64,000 bases of DNA from Candidatus Yonathbacteria bacterium. GTDB lineage: Bacteria; Patescibacteriota; Minisyncoccia; Phycocordibacterales; UBA1550. Position numbers and translations under genes: made by a program. Of this stretch, positions 18,842 through 28,648 are shown in pieces. The notes beneath the pieces were generated by a model, which was not told the DNA's origin, searched no databases, and was given only the letters and a program-made list of their open reading frames with translations. Position 1 is the stretch's first letter, and each line of letters opens with the position of its first letter. The DNA is taken from contig DMXP01000006.1 of NCBI GenBank assembly GCA_003483855.1, positions 24,280 to 88,279 of the forward strand. Direction: 5' to 3'.

Positions 18842-19077
18842 GACAAGAGAAAATTCTTGAAATAATAATATTTACGCTCTGGAATACTTGTTGGCTTCAT
18901 TGCTTCAAACACCTGCTTCACCCTAGTGACACCGTATTCTCGCATAGCATTCGCCAAAAGGCTGAGCCCGCCGTATGAGAGAATTCTCTGTATTACAAAA
19001 TCCGTCGGAAGCGAGTCGATGCTCGCATCGTTGATATCCCACAAGACTTTTTGAAGATCCTGCTTATTCATGTACAT
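18838..19077 (-). CDS. DUF6922-like putative antitoxin
   Basis: LWD...FVIQRILSYG pattern; overlaps the AbiEii start. Confidence 0.75.
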   Translation of the reverse strand: MYMNKQDLQKVLWDINDASIDSLPTDFVIQRILSYGGLSLLANAMREYGVTRVKQVFEAMKPTSIPERKYYYFKNFLLS

Positions 19078-19128
19078 TAATTATACCATAATTTGGTACT
19101 AATTTCCACACACGTTAGTAACCCCTCA

Positions 19129-19176
19129 CACCAATCCTACAATAAACAGCTATAGCTGTTTATTGTAGGATTGGTG
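19129..19176. repeat. 48-bp perfect palindrome with no loop
   Basis: caccaatcctacaataaacagcta|tagctgtttattgtaggattggtg. Confidence 0.97.
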
Positions 19177-19204
19177 AAAAGTAATCCTCATTCACTCCAG
19201 CCCA

Positions 19205-19325
19205 ATTCGTAACAATAGAACGCTATCTCCAAGTGAGCGAGCGAAGTGCAAACACGACGTTTGCGACTTCCGAGCGAACGCAGGAGATATTGTACCCAGT
19301 TATATAGCGTTCTATTGTTACGAAT
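19205..19325. mobile_element. MITE-like element with 22-bp perfect terminal inverted repeats
   Basis: attcgtaacaatagaacgctat ... atagcgttctattgttacgaat, with nested inner hairpins. Confidence 0.6.
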
Positions 19326-19364
19326 GAGAAAAAAAAGAAAAACAAGGAATTTGCCTTAGTAAAC

Positions 19365-19436
19365 GTCATTGCGAGGTACGAAGCAATCCAATAAACACGG
19401 CTCAAATACCGGATTGCTTCGAGTACTCGCAAGAAC
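19365..19436. repeat. GTCATTGCGAG-type palindromic element (RPE/REP-like)
   Basis: gtcattgcgag-gta-cgaagcaatcc ... ggattgcttcg-agta-ctcgcaagaac. Confidence 0.75.
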
Positions 19437-19463
19437 AGAGAGCGTGAGGGTTAGAATATATTC

Positions 19464-21419
19464 CTATAGAACCGCATCTTTTATTGGATATTCTTTTAGA
19501 ATCTTTTCCGCTTCTTTGCGTTTGCCGTTTGTCAGCAAAATCTGTAAGTAATACTTTTCCGCAGTCTCAAATTCTGGCGCAAGCTCAAACGCGCGTTTAA
19601 ATATCTCCTCAGATTTTGCTGTATCTTTCTTGCTGTAATACGCGCTAGCAAGCTCAAAAAGAATTGTTTGTTTCGTAGGTGAAAGTTCCACAGCTTTATT
19701 TAGGTACTCTATTCCTTTATCAATCTCGCCTGTCTTTACAAGATACGACCCTGCAAAAAGCTGGTATCTTGCGTCAGTTGGAAGACTCTCTGCTTGTTTT
19801 TCAAGCTCGCTTTTCGCCAAATCAATAAATTGTTTTTGCATCTCTGAAATGCCTTTTGAGGAATCAAAGGCTCCGGTTGAAAATGATGCGAGTTGTTCAC
19901 GAGCTTCCGCGGTTCCAAACGAATTATACGCAATAGTTCTTTTCATTAATTCCAAATTGTACACAGCGCCTCTTTCTGAACGCTCGGACAATGCTCGAAT
20001 GAGCGTTGTGTTTTGCATATAACCATTGTAGTTTACCGCGTAAACAAGAACGAGAGCGAGGACAACTACCCCGCCGGAAACGAATGTCGTCAGGTCTTCC
20101 TCCCCAACTTTAAATTTACTTTCAACTTTCAACGTTCCACTTTCTACTTGCGTGTGACACATACCCTCCACATACGCGAGGATTGTTCCAAAATAAATGA
20201 GCGAGGTAAGATTATCAAACACAAAAAGATTTTGGAAAAAATATCCGCCAAGGAGACCAGTGAGTACGCTTTTTTCTACAACCGACAGTTCGTCCGCACG
20301 ACGCCAGATGCAATATACAGCGCAAGCAAAAAGCGATATATACCCCAAAAGCCCGAGGATACCGCCTGCTATCAGCCAGTCAAAGAAAACATTGTGCGCG
20401 CGGTCAAACCACTGCTCCTGCCCCCACATATTTGGGTCATAATATTCATTGAATACATAATTAAAGTTCTCCATTCCCCACCCGAGAATTGGACGTTCTT
20501 TAAACCCTTCGTACGCCATCCCCCACACCATCACGCGCGCATTTTTAGAAAAATTGCTAATTGATATTTCTGAAAATCGTGCTAGGAGTGGCGTCTCTTT
20601 TACAAATGTTGTTTCTCGCGCTACGATAAATCCTCCGATAATTATCGCAATTGTGATCAGGGCTCCAATCGCCCACTTGCGTAGTGTTTTTCTCTGAGAC
20701 TCTAGCACAGCTATAAGTAGCGTTGCGAGACCAACACCAACCATAAGACCCAAAACTGCACCGCGAGTTCCTGTGTGATACAGAACGACTGCTTGCAAAA
20801 TGGCAATCGCGCTATAAATAAAAATTTTTGCACGTTGTCCAGCGTTAGTGAAACTCTCACGCATCATTAAAAATACAGCAATAAATATATTAAAGTATGC
20901 GTAAATACCAAGATATGAAGAATTGCCAAGAGAAGCGCTCACGCGGAAACCAACTGGGGAGCCGGGCAATTGCAGTAATGCGTAAATTGCCATAATGACA
21001 CCAACTCCCAGATGAAAGTTTAAATATTGACGCCATAGGTCACGCACCTTAAGCACGGTGGATGCAACTATGAAATATGCAAAGAGGTGAAAATAAGTGA
21101 CCACACCCTCCATGCGCTCAAAGTTTGACCAAAAGCTCTTTGTTGGATTCTCACCAAAAATTGCAGAGAGAGTAATAATTGCGAGAAATGCGCCTAGTGC
21201 TCCCAGAAGCCAGCTTCTGTTTGGACGATATGCTGGATCTATAAACGCGAGGACAATCCACGCGGAAAACATTATTTCAACAACAATACGGAACGCGAAG
21301 TTTTTTCCTACGATAAATGGGAAAAAGGTCGATTGACCCAAAACGATAAACGGGATAAAAGGCACCAAAATAAACCCCGTTAAAACCACCGCATTTGCTA
21401 AAATCTTGTGTAAATTCAT
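19464..21419 (-). CDS. O-antigen ligase/O-oligosaccharyltransferase-like (Wzy_C) protein with C-terminal TPR
   Basis: Polytopic membrane protein; TGTRGA, PILGWG.ENF, AHN motifs; TPR-like tail. Confidence 0.88.
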   Translation of the reverse strand: MNLHKILANAVVLTGFILVPFIPFIVLGQSTFFPFIVGKNFAFRIVVEIMFSAWIVLAFIDPAYRPNRSWLLGALGAFLAIITLSAIFGENPTKSFWSNFERMEGVVTYFHLFAYFIVASTVLKVRDLWRQYLNFHLGVGVIMAIYALLQLPGSPVGFRVSASLGNSSYLGIYAYFNIFIAVFLMMRESFTNAGQRAKIFIYSAIAILQAVVLYHTGTRGAVLGLMVGVGLATLLIAVLESQRKTLRKWAIGALITIAIIIGGFIVARETTFVKETPLLARFSEISISNFSKNARVMVWGMAYEGFKERPILGWGMENFNYVFNEYYDPNMWGQEQWFDRAHNVFFDWLIAGGILGLLGYISLFACAVYCIWRRADELSVVEKSVLTGLLGGYFFQNLFVFDNLTSLIYFGTILAYVEGMCHTQVESGTLKVESKFKVGEEDLTTFVSGGVVVLALVLVYAVNYNGYMQNTTLIRALSERSERGAVYNLELMKRTIAYNSFGTAEAREQLASFSTGAFDSSKGISEMQKQFIDLAKSELEKQAESLPTDARYQLFAGSYLVKTGEIDKGIEYLNKAVELSPTKQTILFELASAYYSKKDTAKSEEIFKRAFELAPEFETAEKYYLQILLTNGKRKEAEKILKEYPIKDAVL

Positions 21420-21433
21420 AGTGTCTCAGTTGT

Positions 21434-21766
21434 CTAATTGCTGATTATTTCAACAATTTTTCTAATAATTTCTTTTGTTTTCCTTTCCTTCACATTTCCA
21501 ACCTTATACAAAATTAGACCTTTATCAGCAGTAAAAATTCTGTTTGGCCTTATGTTGCTATCCACCAAAAGATTGCCTTTTGCAAAATCAGTTCTCAGTA
21601 ATGAAATTGAGTATTTATCTTTTACAGTTTTACTGGTTATCTGACAAAGAATAACATCATCACCCTTGAGTCTGCTGACAACAAAAGCTGGCCTCTTTTT
21701 TATACTAGACAAATCAGAAAAAGGAAACGGGATAACCACAATGTCCCCTTTTATAAATTCTTCCAT
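21434..21766 (-). CDS. MazF/PemK toxin
   Basis: GDIVVIPFPFSD...KKRPA.VVS, CQITS. Confidence 0.93.
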   Translation of the reverse strand: MEEFIKGDIVVIPFPFSDLSSIKKRPAFVVSRLKGDDVILCQITSKTVKDKYSISLLRTDFAKGNLLVDSNIRPNRIFTADKGLILYKVGNVKERKTKEIIRKIVEIISN

Positions 21767-21987
21767 GTTTTTTCTTCCACTAGTTTAAGCCAGTCCTTAG
21801 CCAAACTGGACTCGCTGATAGTGGTTGAAAAAGCTAAATTTGTTTTTGGGGTATTTTTTTTTGTGTTTTTAGAATTTAACTTTTCTAAATTTTTTGTGAT
21901 TTTTTCATAAATACCTAAAGGCAAAAGCATCATCGGCTTGCCACCAATAATTATTCTGGAGCTTGATTTTAGAGCTAAATGATTCAT
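21751..21987 (-). CDS. DUF2281-like antitoxin
   Basis: C-terminal SESSLAKDW..EE..W..L; overlaps mazF; TATAAT 6 nt before ATG 21987. Confidence 0.7.
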   Translation of the reverse strand: MNHLALKSSSRIIIGGKPMMLLPLGIYEKITKNLEKLNSKNTKKNTPKTNLAFSTTISESSLAKDWLKLVEEKTWKNL

Positions 21988-22210
21988 TTCTACATTATAG
22001 TGTAGTCTTATGGATAAGTAAACAAGGGCTCGGTTGTTGATATTTGCCACATCAAAACCACCGCATTTGCTAAAATCTTGTGTAAATTCATAATGTCACT
22101 ATATAACTTGGTACAATATATTCTACACTCGCTCGGAAATACAAATCGCATGTTTGTATTTCTCTCACTCGTTTGAATATCGTACCATAAATTAATTGGA
22201 ATGATGAATT

Positions 22211-22879
22211 CTACTCGCGATATTCTTTCAATAGCCAAGAACTCGACTGTACTTTCCCCCCACCGACATTAAAGACCATTTCTACGCCAAGCTCTTTACA
22301 TATTTTTGCCTCTGGAATATCCGCTTCCGCTTTTCGATCACCACCATTTGCAAACACTTGTGGACGAATCTTTTCAATTGCCTCTCCCACATCATTGCGG
22401 TCACTTTCTAAAATGAAAACATCGTCAACACAACTAAATCCTCGTATAATCCCAGCACGTTCTTCTTGATTCATAAAATTCTTTCCTTTCTTGCGAATTA
22501 ACCACTTGTCACAATTAAGCACAACGACCAATTTGTCGCCAAGATTCTTTGCTTCCTCAAACATTTGAAGATGACCAATATGAACAGGGTCAAAGCCTCC
22601 ACTCACCATCACTACACGCTTTGCTGTCTCGCGACCGTAGTCGTCTTCGTAGCGAATAATGTCGTTCTCTTGTGGTTTACCATAAACAAACTCTAGGTAA
22701 GCGCCAGGCAGTAGTCGATGTTTTTGCATCGGTTCTACTTTATAAAAACCAAAATGCCATTCTGTGCGCTGGCTGTGCGACTGAAGGCTAGTGCGTCCGC
22801 GGACAAGGATAAACTTGAGCCATGTATGTTTAGTGTTGAAAAGCTTCCACATCGCCCCCCATGGTCTTACTATTTTCAT
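22211..22879 (-). CDS. Short cupin fused to a cytidylyl/adenylyltransferase (HIGH family)
   Basis: N-terminal RPWG..SLQSH..R.E.W..DIIRYEDDYGR; C-terminal SGGFDPVHIGH, ANGGDR. Confidence 0.85.
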   Translation of the reverse strand: MKIVRPWGAMWKLFNTKHTWLKFILVRGRTSLQSHSQRTEWHFGFYKVEPMQKHRLLPGAYLEFVYGKPQENDIIRYEDDYGRETAKRVVMVSGGFDPVHIGHLQMFEEAKNLGDKLVVVLNCDKWLIRKKGKNFMNQEERAGIIRGFSCVDDVFILESDRNDVGEAIEKIRPQVFANGGDRKAEADIPEAKICKELGVEMVFNVGGGKVQSSSWLLKEYRE

Positions 22880-22952
22880 AAAAAATACTATACCACAAAG
22901 ACTATTGCCTAACTACTCAACAAAACCGAAATAATGTAATATGCTTATACAT

Positions 22953-24035
22953 ATGAAAAAAGCGCTTATAACAGGCATCACTGGGCAAGACGGTTCGTAC
23001 CTTGCCGAGCTCCTCCTTGAAAAAGGATACGAGGTACACGGGATAATTCGTCGCGCAAGCAGTTTTAACACGGGAAGAATCGATCACATTTATCAAGACC
23101 CGCACGAATCTGGCAAACGCCTTTTTTTGCACTATGGAGACCTCACAGATTCCACCAATCTCATCCGCATCATCAAAGAGGTTCAGCCCGACGAGATTTA
23201 CAACCTTGCGGCACAAAGCCACGTAAAAGTATCTTTCGAGGTCCCTGAATATACAGGGAACTCCGATGCGCTCGGCACGCTTCGCATCCTTGAGGCTATC
23301 CGCCTTCTTGGGCTTGAGAAAAAGACAAAATTCTACCAAGCTTCAACCTCAGAAATGTTTGGAGCAACTCCACCACCGCAAAGCGAGGACACTCCATTTT
23401 ACCCTCGTAGCCCCTATGGCGCGGCGAAAGTGTACGCATACTGGATAACAAAGAACTACCGCGAGGCTTATGGCATTTTTGCAGTATCGGGAATTCTTTT
23501 CAATCACGAATCCCCTCGCCGCGGAGAGACATTCGTAACAAGGAAAATTACGCGCGCGGCCACAAGAATCTCACTCGGATTACAGGAAAAATTATTCCTT
23601 GGGAACCTTAATGCAAAAAGAGACTGGGGACATGCAAAGGACTATGTGAATGCAATGTACCTTATGTTACAGCATCCTGAACCTGAGGATTTTGTTATTG
23701 CGACTGGTGAACAATATTCCGTACGCGCATTTTGTAATGCTGTTTTCAAAGAACTAGGAATTGAGCTCAAATGGAAAGGAGAAGGGGCTAGCGAAATTGG
23801 AACTGACAATGCTACAGGAAAGACAATTATAGAAATTGACCCACGTTATTTCCGACCCACAGAAGTTGAATCGCTCCTTGGTGACCCTTCAAAGGCACAG
23901 GAAAAACTTGGATGGAAAGCGGAGGTTGGTTTCGAGGGACTCGTAAAAGAGATGGTTGCGACAGACCTTGAGGAAGCAAAGAAGGATGTCCATCTCGCGA
24001 AAGGTGGGTTCAAAATCCAGAAGCACTACGAATAA
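22953..24035 (+). CDS. gmd: GDP-mannose 4,6-dehydratase
   Basis: [27 protein letters not shown]. Confidence 0.98.
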   Translation: MKKALITGITGQDGSYLAELLLEKGYEVHGIIRRASSFNTGRIDHIYQDPHESGKRLFLHYGDLTDSTNLIRIIKEVQPDEIYNLAAQSHVKVSFEVPEYTGNSDALGTLRILEAIRLLGLEKKTKFYQASTSEMFGATPPPQSEDTPFYPRSPYGAAKVYAYWITKNYREAYGIFAVSGILFNHESPRRGETFVTRKITRAATRISLGLQEKLFLGNLNAKRDWGHAKDYVNAMYLMLQHPEPEDFVIATGEQYSVRAFCNAVFKELGIELKWKGEGASEIGTDNATGKTIIEIDPRYFRPTEVESLLGDPSKAQEKLGWKAEVGFEGLVKEMVATDLEEAKKDVHLAKGGFKIQKHYE

Positions 24036-24055
24036 AAGACGAGGTCTCTTCCCTT

Positions 24056-24511
24056 ATGAATCATATCCCCGCCGAGCTTTACCAAAAAATACACGCGGTA
24101 CTCCCTATTGTTTGTGCCGATATTGTGTTGGTAAAAAATAATTCTTTTCTGCTTGCAAAACGAAACAACAAACCCGCGCAAGGACAATGGTTTTTCCCAG
24201 GTGGAAGAATATTGAAAGGCGAGAGACTCGAGGATGCAATAAGGAGAAAGATCCACGAAGAGCTGGGAATAGTGGCAAATGTTGAAAAAATCCTTGGTGT
24301 AGATGACACAATTTTCCCCGATGGGCCATTTGATAGCCCTACCCACACCGTAAATATTGTTTTTCTTGTAAGTCTCGAAAACCAAAATGATGTTATTTCA
24401 CTCGACACCCAAAACGAAGAATATCAGTGGTATACTCACATAGACGATGTATGGCATCCATACGTGAAAAAGTTTCTCGCGCTTGCAGGATTTGAGAAGC
24501 AATATAATTAA
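24056..24511 (+). CDS. GDP-mannose mannosyl hydrolase-like NUDIX protein
   Basis: R.NKPAQGQWFFPGGRILKGE...EELG; lies between gmd and fcl. Confidence 0.85.
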   Translation: MNHIPAELYQKIHAVLPIVCADIVLVKNNSFLLAKRNNKPAQGQWFFPGGRILKGERLEDAIRRKIHEELGIVANVEKILGVDDTIFPDGPFDSPTHTVNIVFLVSLENQNDVISLDTQNEEYQWYTHIDDVWHPYVKKFLALAGFEKQYN

Positions 24512-24522
24512 CGACAGCGACT

Positions 24523-25455
24523 ATGAAAAAAGATTCTAAAATATTTGTTGCAGGACATCGTGGACTCGTCGGGTCTGCTATTGCGCGAGCGCTTCAAAAC
24601 GACGGCTTTACAAATCTTGTCCTTAAAACACACCAGGAACTTGACCTCACGAATCAACAAGCGGTTGCTGATTTTTTTACAAAAGAAAAACCAGAGTTTG
24701 TTTTCCTTTCTGCGGCAAAAGTTGGCGGTATTATGGCAAACAAGACTTTCCCAGCAGATTTTATTTACAATAATCTCGCGATACAAGCAAACATTATCCA
24801 CAGCGCATACGTAAATAATGTAAAAAAATTACTATTTCTCGGAAGCTCATGCATCTATCCAAAGCTCTGTCCACAGCCCATAAAGGAGGAGTATCTGCTA
24901 TCTGGACCGCTTGAGGAATCAAATAAAGCCTACGCGGTAGCAAAAATCGCGGGAATCATTATGTGTCAATCATACAACGAGCAGTACGGCACCAATTTCA
25001 TCTCTCTAATGCCAACTAATCTATACGGACAAAATGACAATTTTGATCTTGAAAATTCTCATGTGCTTCCTGCAATGATTCGGAAATTCCATGAAGCAAA
25101 GGTTTCTCTAGCGCCAAGTGTTACTCTATGGGGCACTGGAAGCGCAATGCGCGAATTTCTGCACGTTGACGATCTTGCAGATGCAAGCCTCTTCTTGATG
25201 AAAAATTATAATGAGTCATCCATTGTAAACGTTGGTACAGGAGAAGACGTCACAATTAAGGAGCTTGCGGAAATGATTAGGAATATAGTGGGCTATTCAG
25301 GCGAGATTGTTTGGGACACAACCAAACCAGACGGAACCCCAAGGAAACTCCTAGATGTTAGCAAAATGAATTCTCTTGGATGGAAGCATAGAGTACCTCT
25401 CGACGAGGGCATAACATCTACATACAACTGGTTTAAGGAAAATTACAAACTCTAA
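24523..25455 (+). CDS. fcl: GDP-L-fucose synthase
   Basis: AGHRGLVG, AAKVGGI, SSCIYP, YAVAK, PDGTPRK. Confidence 0.97.
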   Translation: MKKDSKIFVAGHRGLVGSAIARALQNDGFTNLVLKTHQELDLTNQQAVADFFTKEKPEFVFLSAAKVGGIMANKTFPADFIYNNLAIQANIIHSAYVNNVKKLLFLGSSCIYPKLCPQPIKEEYLLSGPLEESNKAYAVAKIAGIIMCQSYNEQYGTNFISLMPTNLYGQNDNFDLENSHVLPAMIRKFHEAKVSLAPSVTLWGTGSAMREFLHVDDLADASLFLMKNYNESSIVNVGTGEDVTIKELAEMIRNIVGYSGEIVWDTTKPDGTPRKLLDVSKMNSLGWKHRVPLDEGITSTYNWFKENYKL

Positions 25456-26312
25456 ATCCTTATCCACGTTTCAGGAACAATATTTGGATGAGGATCTGGT
25501 TCTTTTTTCACCCACTTCCTTGGCGCAATTACTATTTTTTTTGGATTTTTGTTAAGATAAGCGCCCCACCACGAAAAGGAAGAGTTTGCGATAATATGGT
25601 TAGAGCACGAGGACATGAGAAACAACTCTTCGTATTCTTTTAATCTTGAATTTGAAACATACTTAAAATCAGTGCGTTCGCCGAATTCTTTTTTAACCCA
25701 TAGAATATCATCAGAAAAAAAGTAAAATATTGGTAATTCAATTTTTGATTGCATCAGGTTAATGGCTTTTTCGTAATATTCTTTTGAACAAACCCCATGC
25801 GCGCTATTGGTTTTAGGATCATTCACATAGTCCCCTCTCCTAATATGCACGGAAACGCTCTTTGTTTTATCAATCTTGTTTTTCTCTGCCAAAAAAACCT
25901 CAGATTCTTTTTTTAAAGTAAACTCTTTTAGTGCCTTATCTTTTACCTCTATAAAATTTTTTTCAGATTGAAAATACCCTTCAATATACTTGTGGTTTTT
26001 CTTAAAAAAACTCGCATCATAATCTACATAATGCTTCTTCAAAACTCTCTGACTAAATGCTCTCAATAATTTTGAAAAAATACCAAACGGATTTCTTGCC
26101 TTTTCAACCTCGCTTATCGTCGCTATAGTCGCCGAAAGATTAAATGGGAACATTCTGTATTGTCTGGGCGTATTTGCGTTCACATAGCGCGGGTCATCAT
26201 ATCCTGTAATATCAAGTTTAAGTGCCTCCTTTTTTTGAGAAGCAACCGAAAATCCCGTTGCATACTGAAACATCTGATTTCCCAGCCCGCCTTTTAATTT
26301 AACAATAATCAT
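25452..26312 (-). CDS. alpha-1,2-fucosyltransferase (GT11)
   Basis: GGLGNQMFQYA, HIRRGDY, NSSFSWW. Confidence 0.95.
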   Translation of the reverse strand: MIIVKLKGGLGNQMFQYATGFSVASQKKEALKLDITGYDDPRYVNANTPRQYRMFPFNLSATIATISEVEKARNPFGIFSKLLRAFSQRVLKKHYVDYDASFFKKNHKYIEGYFQSEKNFIEVKDKALKEFTLKKESEVFLAEKNKIDKTKSVSVHIRRGDYVNDPKTNSAHGVCSKEYYEKAINLMQSKIELPIFYFFSDDILWVKKEFGERTDFKYVSNSRLKEYEELFLMSSCSNHIIANSSFSWWGAYLNKNPKKIVIAPRKWVKKEPDPHPNIVPETWIRI

Positions 26313-26317
26313 GGCTA

Positions 26318-27136
26318 CTATTTTTTAACAAATAAAGAGTCGCTCTTTATTCTTTCTAACACTACAATATTAAAGTCGGAAAGAAAATTCGCAATTTCAT
26401 CTTGGTTTTCTGTCTCAATCATAAGATGTGCTCCAGAAGAGAGCAATGAAAGCGTTGTTGTTGCTCCGAGAAGGACATCTTTTTCGTATCCTTCGGTGTC
26501 AATTTTAATAAAATCAATAGTCTGTGCAATTTCAGGAGTGATGCAACTATCGAGCGTTTTAACCTGGATTGTGGTGTGAGATTTTGTGCTACCTGCTATG
26601 GATGTATCTTGAATAGCCGCACCGCCAAGGTGTGCTGTATCGACATAAATTTCTGCGGACTCCTCACGAGCGCCAAGCGCAAATGACATTATTGAAACCT
26701 GCTTATCCAGTTCGTTGAGTGAAATATTTTTTATAAGTACATCAATCGTTTGAGGGAAGGGTTCAAATGCATATGCATGAGAATAGTTATAACTCAGAAG
26801 CCCAAGTATGGTGTATCTGCCACGATTAGCACCAATATCAATCAAAGTTCGCTTCTTTGGTGGTTTATCAAGCCAGTGCATAAGATGCGACTCAAAATAC
26901 TCAGAACAAATTGTCAGCGTGTCATCATGTGTACGAGGAATCATGAAAGTACCAACGGAATTCTTAATAATAAAATAAGACTTTTCACTCATAGTATCTA
27001 TCATGGTGCTATGAAAAACCCTTCGAAAAAACGTCCATAGTTTTACTCGCCAGTAAAAGAAGAAGAAGTCAATTCTAGAACCAGACACAACAGAAGTGTG
27101 TATGTAGTCTTTCAAGAGTATAAATATTTTCCTCAT
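26318..27136 (-). CDS. FkbM family methyltransferase
   Basis: DIGANRG, AFEP, KIDTEGYE. Confidence 0.9.
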   Translation of the reverse strand: MRKIFILLKDYIHTSVVSGSRIDFFFFYWRVKLWTFFRRVFHSTMIDTMSEKSYFIIKNSVGTFMIPRTHDDTLTICSEYFESHLMHWLDKPPKKRTLIDIGANRGRYTILGLLSYNYSHAYAFEPFPQTIDVLIKNISLNELDKQVSIMSFALGAREESAEIYVDTAHLGGAAIQDTSIAGSTKSHTTIQVKTLDSCITPEIAQTIDFIKIDTEGYEKDVLLGATTTLSLLSSGAHLMIETENQDEIANFLSDFNIVVLERIKSDSLFVKK

Positions 27137-27864
27137 ATATTTTCTTTTACAAATACAAAACAACCACATGCATACTTCTCATTCTCCAAAAGCTTCACGT
27201 CAGCGTCGCGTATAATTGCGCCTGAATGTTCGGGAATGAGTGTAAATTCTTTGAGTGTAAGATTGGGGAATAATTTTTTCACTGCCTCGTAGCTGTAAAT
27301 TCTGTGCGCATTGTATTCAATCATTGCCTCCTTGCCAATTGGAACCACAAAAAGAAGCAAGCCACTTTTTGCAAGTACTCGCGATAGTTCTTTCGCGGCT
27401 TTTATATCGCCATCAGGGTCAATAGGGTCGCCATATCGTCCAAGTCCGATATGCTCAACAACATGCATGCAGGAAAGAGAGTTGATAGAGCCGTCCTCAA
27501 AAGGAAGCCGCATTAAATCTGCCTGCTTGCTCTCTAAATTCGAAAGCACAATATCAGCAGGACGATAATCATAAAAATCCACAGGAACAAAAGCAGAGAC
27601 AATCCCAGCAAAATACAGTGACGAAGAAATATCAACATGTTTTTCTGGCTTAGTTTCTGCAAGAACCCTTGCTGCCCAGGATGTATGATAAACGTAGTGT
27701 CTATCAAATCCTGTCTTTATTGTCTTGTCTTTTACTTGTGGATAAAAGTCTGATATCGACAAACTAAATCGTGGATTTTTGTCTTGTTTATGAAACCTCA
27801 AAAAATCCACGAGTACAAATGGTATGAGCACAATACGTATTATTTTTTTTATAAGTGCTTTCAT
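27133..27864 (-). CDS. DUF268 (methyltransferase-like) protein
   Basis: SCMHVVEHIGLGRYGDPIDP, NAHRIY. Confidence 0.88.
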   Translation of the reverse strand: MKALIKKIIRIVLIPFVLVDFLRFHKQDKNPRFSLSISDFYPQVKDKTIKTGFDRHYVYHTSWAARVLAETKPEKHVDISSSLYFAGIVSAFVPVDFYDYRPADIVLSNLESKQADLMRLPFEDGSINSLSCMHVVEHIGLGRYGDPIDPDGDIKAAKELSRVLAKSGLLLFVVPIGKEAMIEYNAHRIYSYEAVKKLFPNLTLKEFTLIPEHSGAIIRDADVKLLENEKYACGCFVFVKENI

Positions 27865-27907
27865 TTGCAGTGTTTTAACAGAGAGTATATATAAAATTCA
27901 AAAAAAT

Positions 27908-28648
27908 TTACTTTCTTTTAATAACTGACACCCCTTTGTGTTGCACTGCAATAGATGCGCATTCATTTGCGAAAATTATAGCTTCCTCAATATCCTCTGT
28001 TTCAGCATACTTCACCAAAAGAGCTGCAAAAAAACTATCCCCTGCTCCTGAAACATCATTGACCTCAACTTTTTCTCTTACCGGGTAAATTTTGCCATTA
28101 AAGCACGCTCCGGACTCCCCTTTCGTATAAATAATTTTACCATCGAGGGCTTTAGGTATAAAATCTTTCGACCGCTCATACTCAAAATTATTAATTTTCA
28201 CAAACTTTACCTTGTTGGCCCAGTCGCCTAGTATCTTTTTTGTATCGATAAATACATTGTCGTGATTCTCACAAAGATACTTGATGTCCTCCTCGGTTAA
28301 AAAGCCCTTGTTGTAGTCCGAAATCGCAATAATGTCGTAATCAAGTGGAACCCTTTTAATATCAATTCGTGGAATAACATGGTCGGTGTCTACGCGAATA
28401 AACATATGGTTGCTTTCGAGATGCATATATCTTGTCTTGGTTACATTTTCCCATCCTTCATTTGTCACAATGTCACAGTTGTCAAAAATACTGCGAACGT
28501 TTCGCTCAACGTTCATTGCCATTCCTGGGTTTTCAGTTTGGTTAACGATGCTTAGGGCTGGAACTGGGATATCTGGGCACAGCCTATTCGCCTTGCAGTA
28601 CACAAAGACATCACGACAGCTCTCTCCTACGATAAGTATTTTTTTCAT
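27908..28648 (-). CDS. PfkB-family sugar kinase (HldA/RfaE-I-like)
   Basis: SDYNKG, DVSGAGDSF. Confidence 0.88.
   Translation of the reverse strand: MKKILIVGESCRDVFVYCKANRLCPDIPVPALSIVNQTENPGMAMNVERNVRSIFDNCDIVTNEGWENVTKTRYMHLESNHMFIRVDTDHVIPRIDIKRVPLDYDIIAISDYNKGFLTEEDIKYLCENHDNVFIDTKKILGDWANKVKFVKINNFEYERSKDFIPKALDGKIIYTKGESGACFNGKIYPVREKVEVNDVSGAGDSFFAALLVKYAETEDIEEAIIFANECASIAVQHKGVSVIKRK

Larger units (their letters stand above)
21382..22092. mobile_element. MazF TA cassette flanked by 39-bp perfect direct repeats
   Basis: aaaaccaccgcatttgctaaaatcttgtgtaaattcata at 21382-21420 and 22054-22092. Confidence 0.8.

Noticed and set aside
22008-22238. 76-aa ORF
   Set aside because: A chimera of intergenic sequence and the duplicated ligase start.
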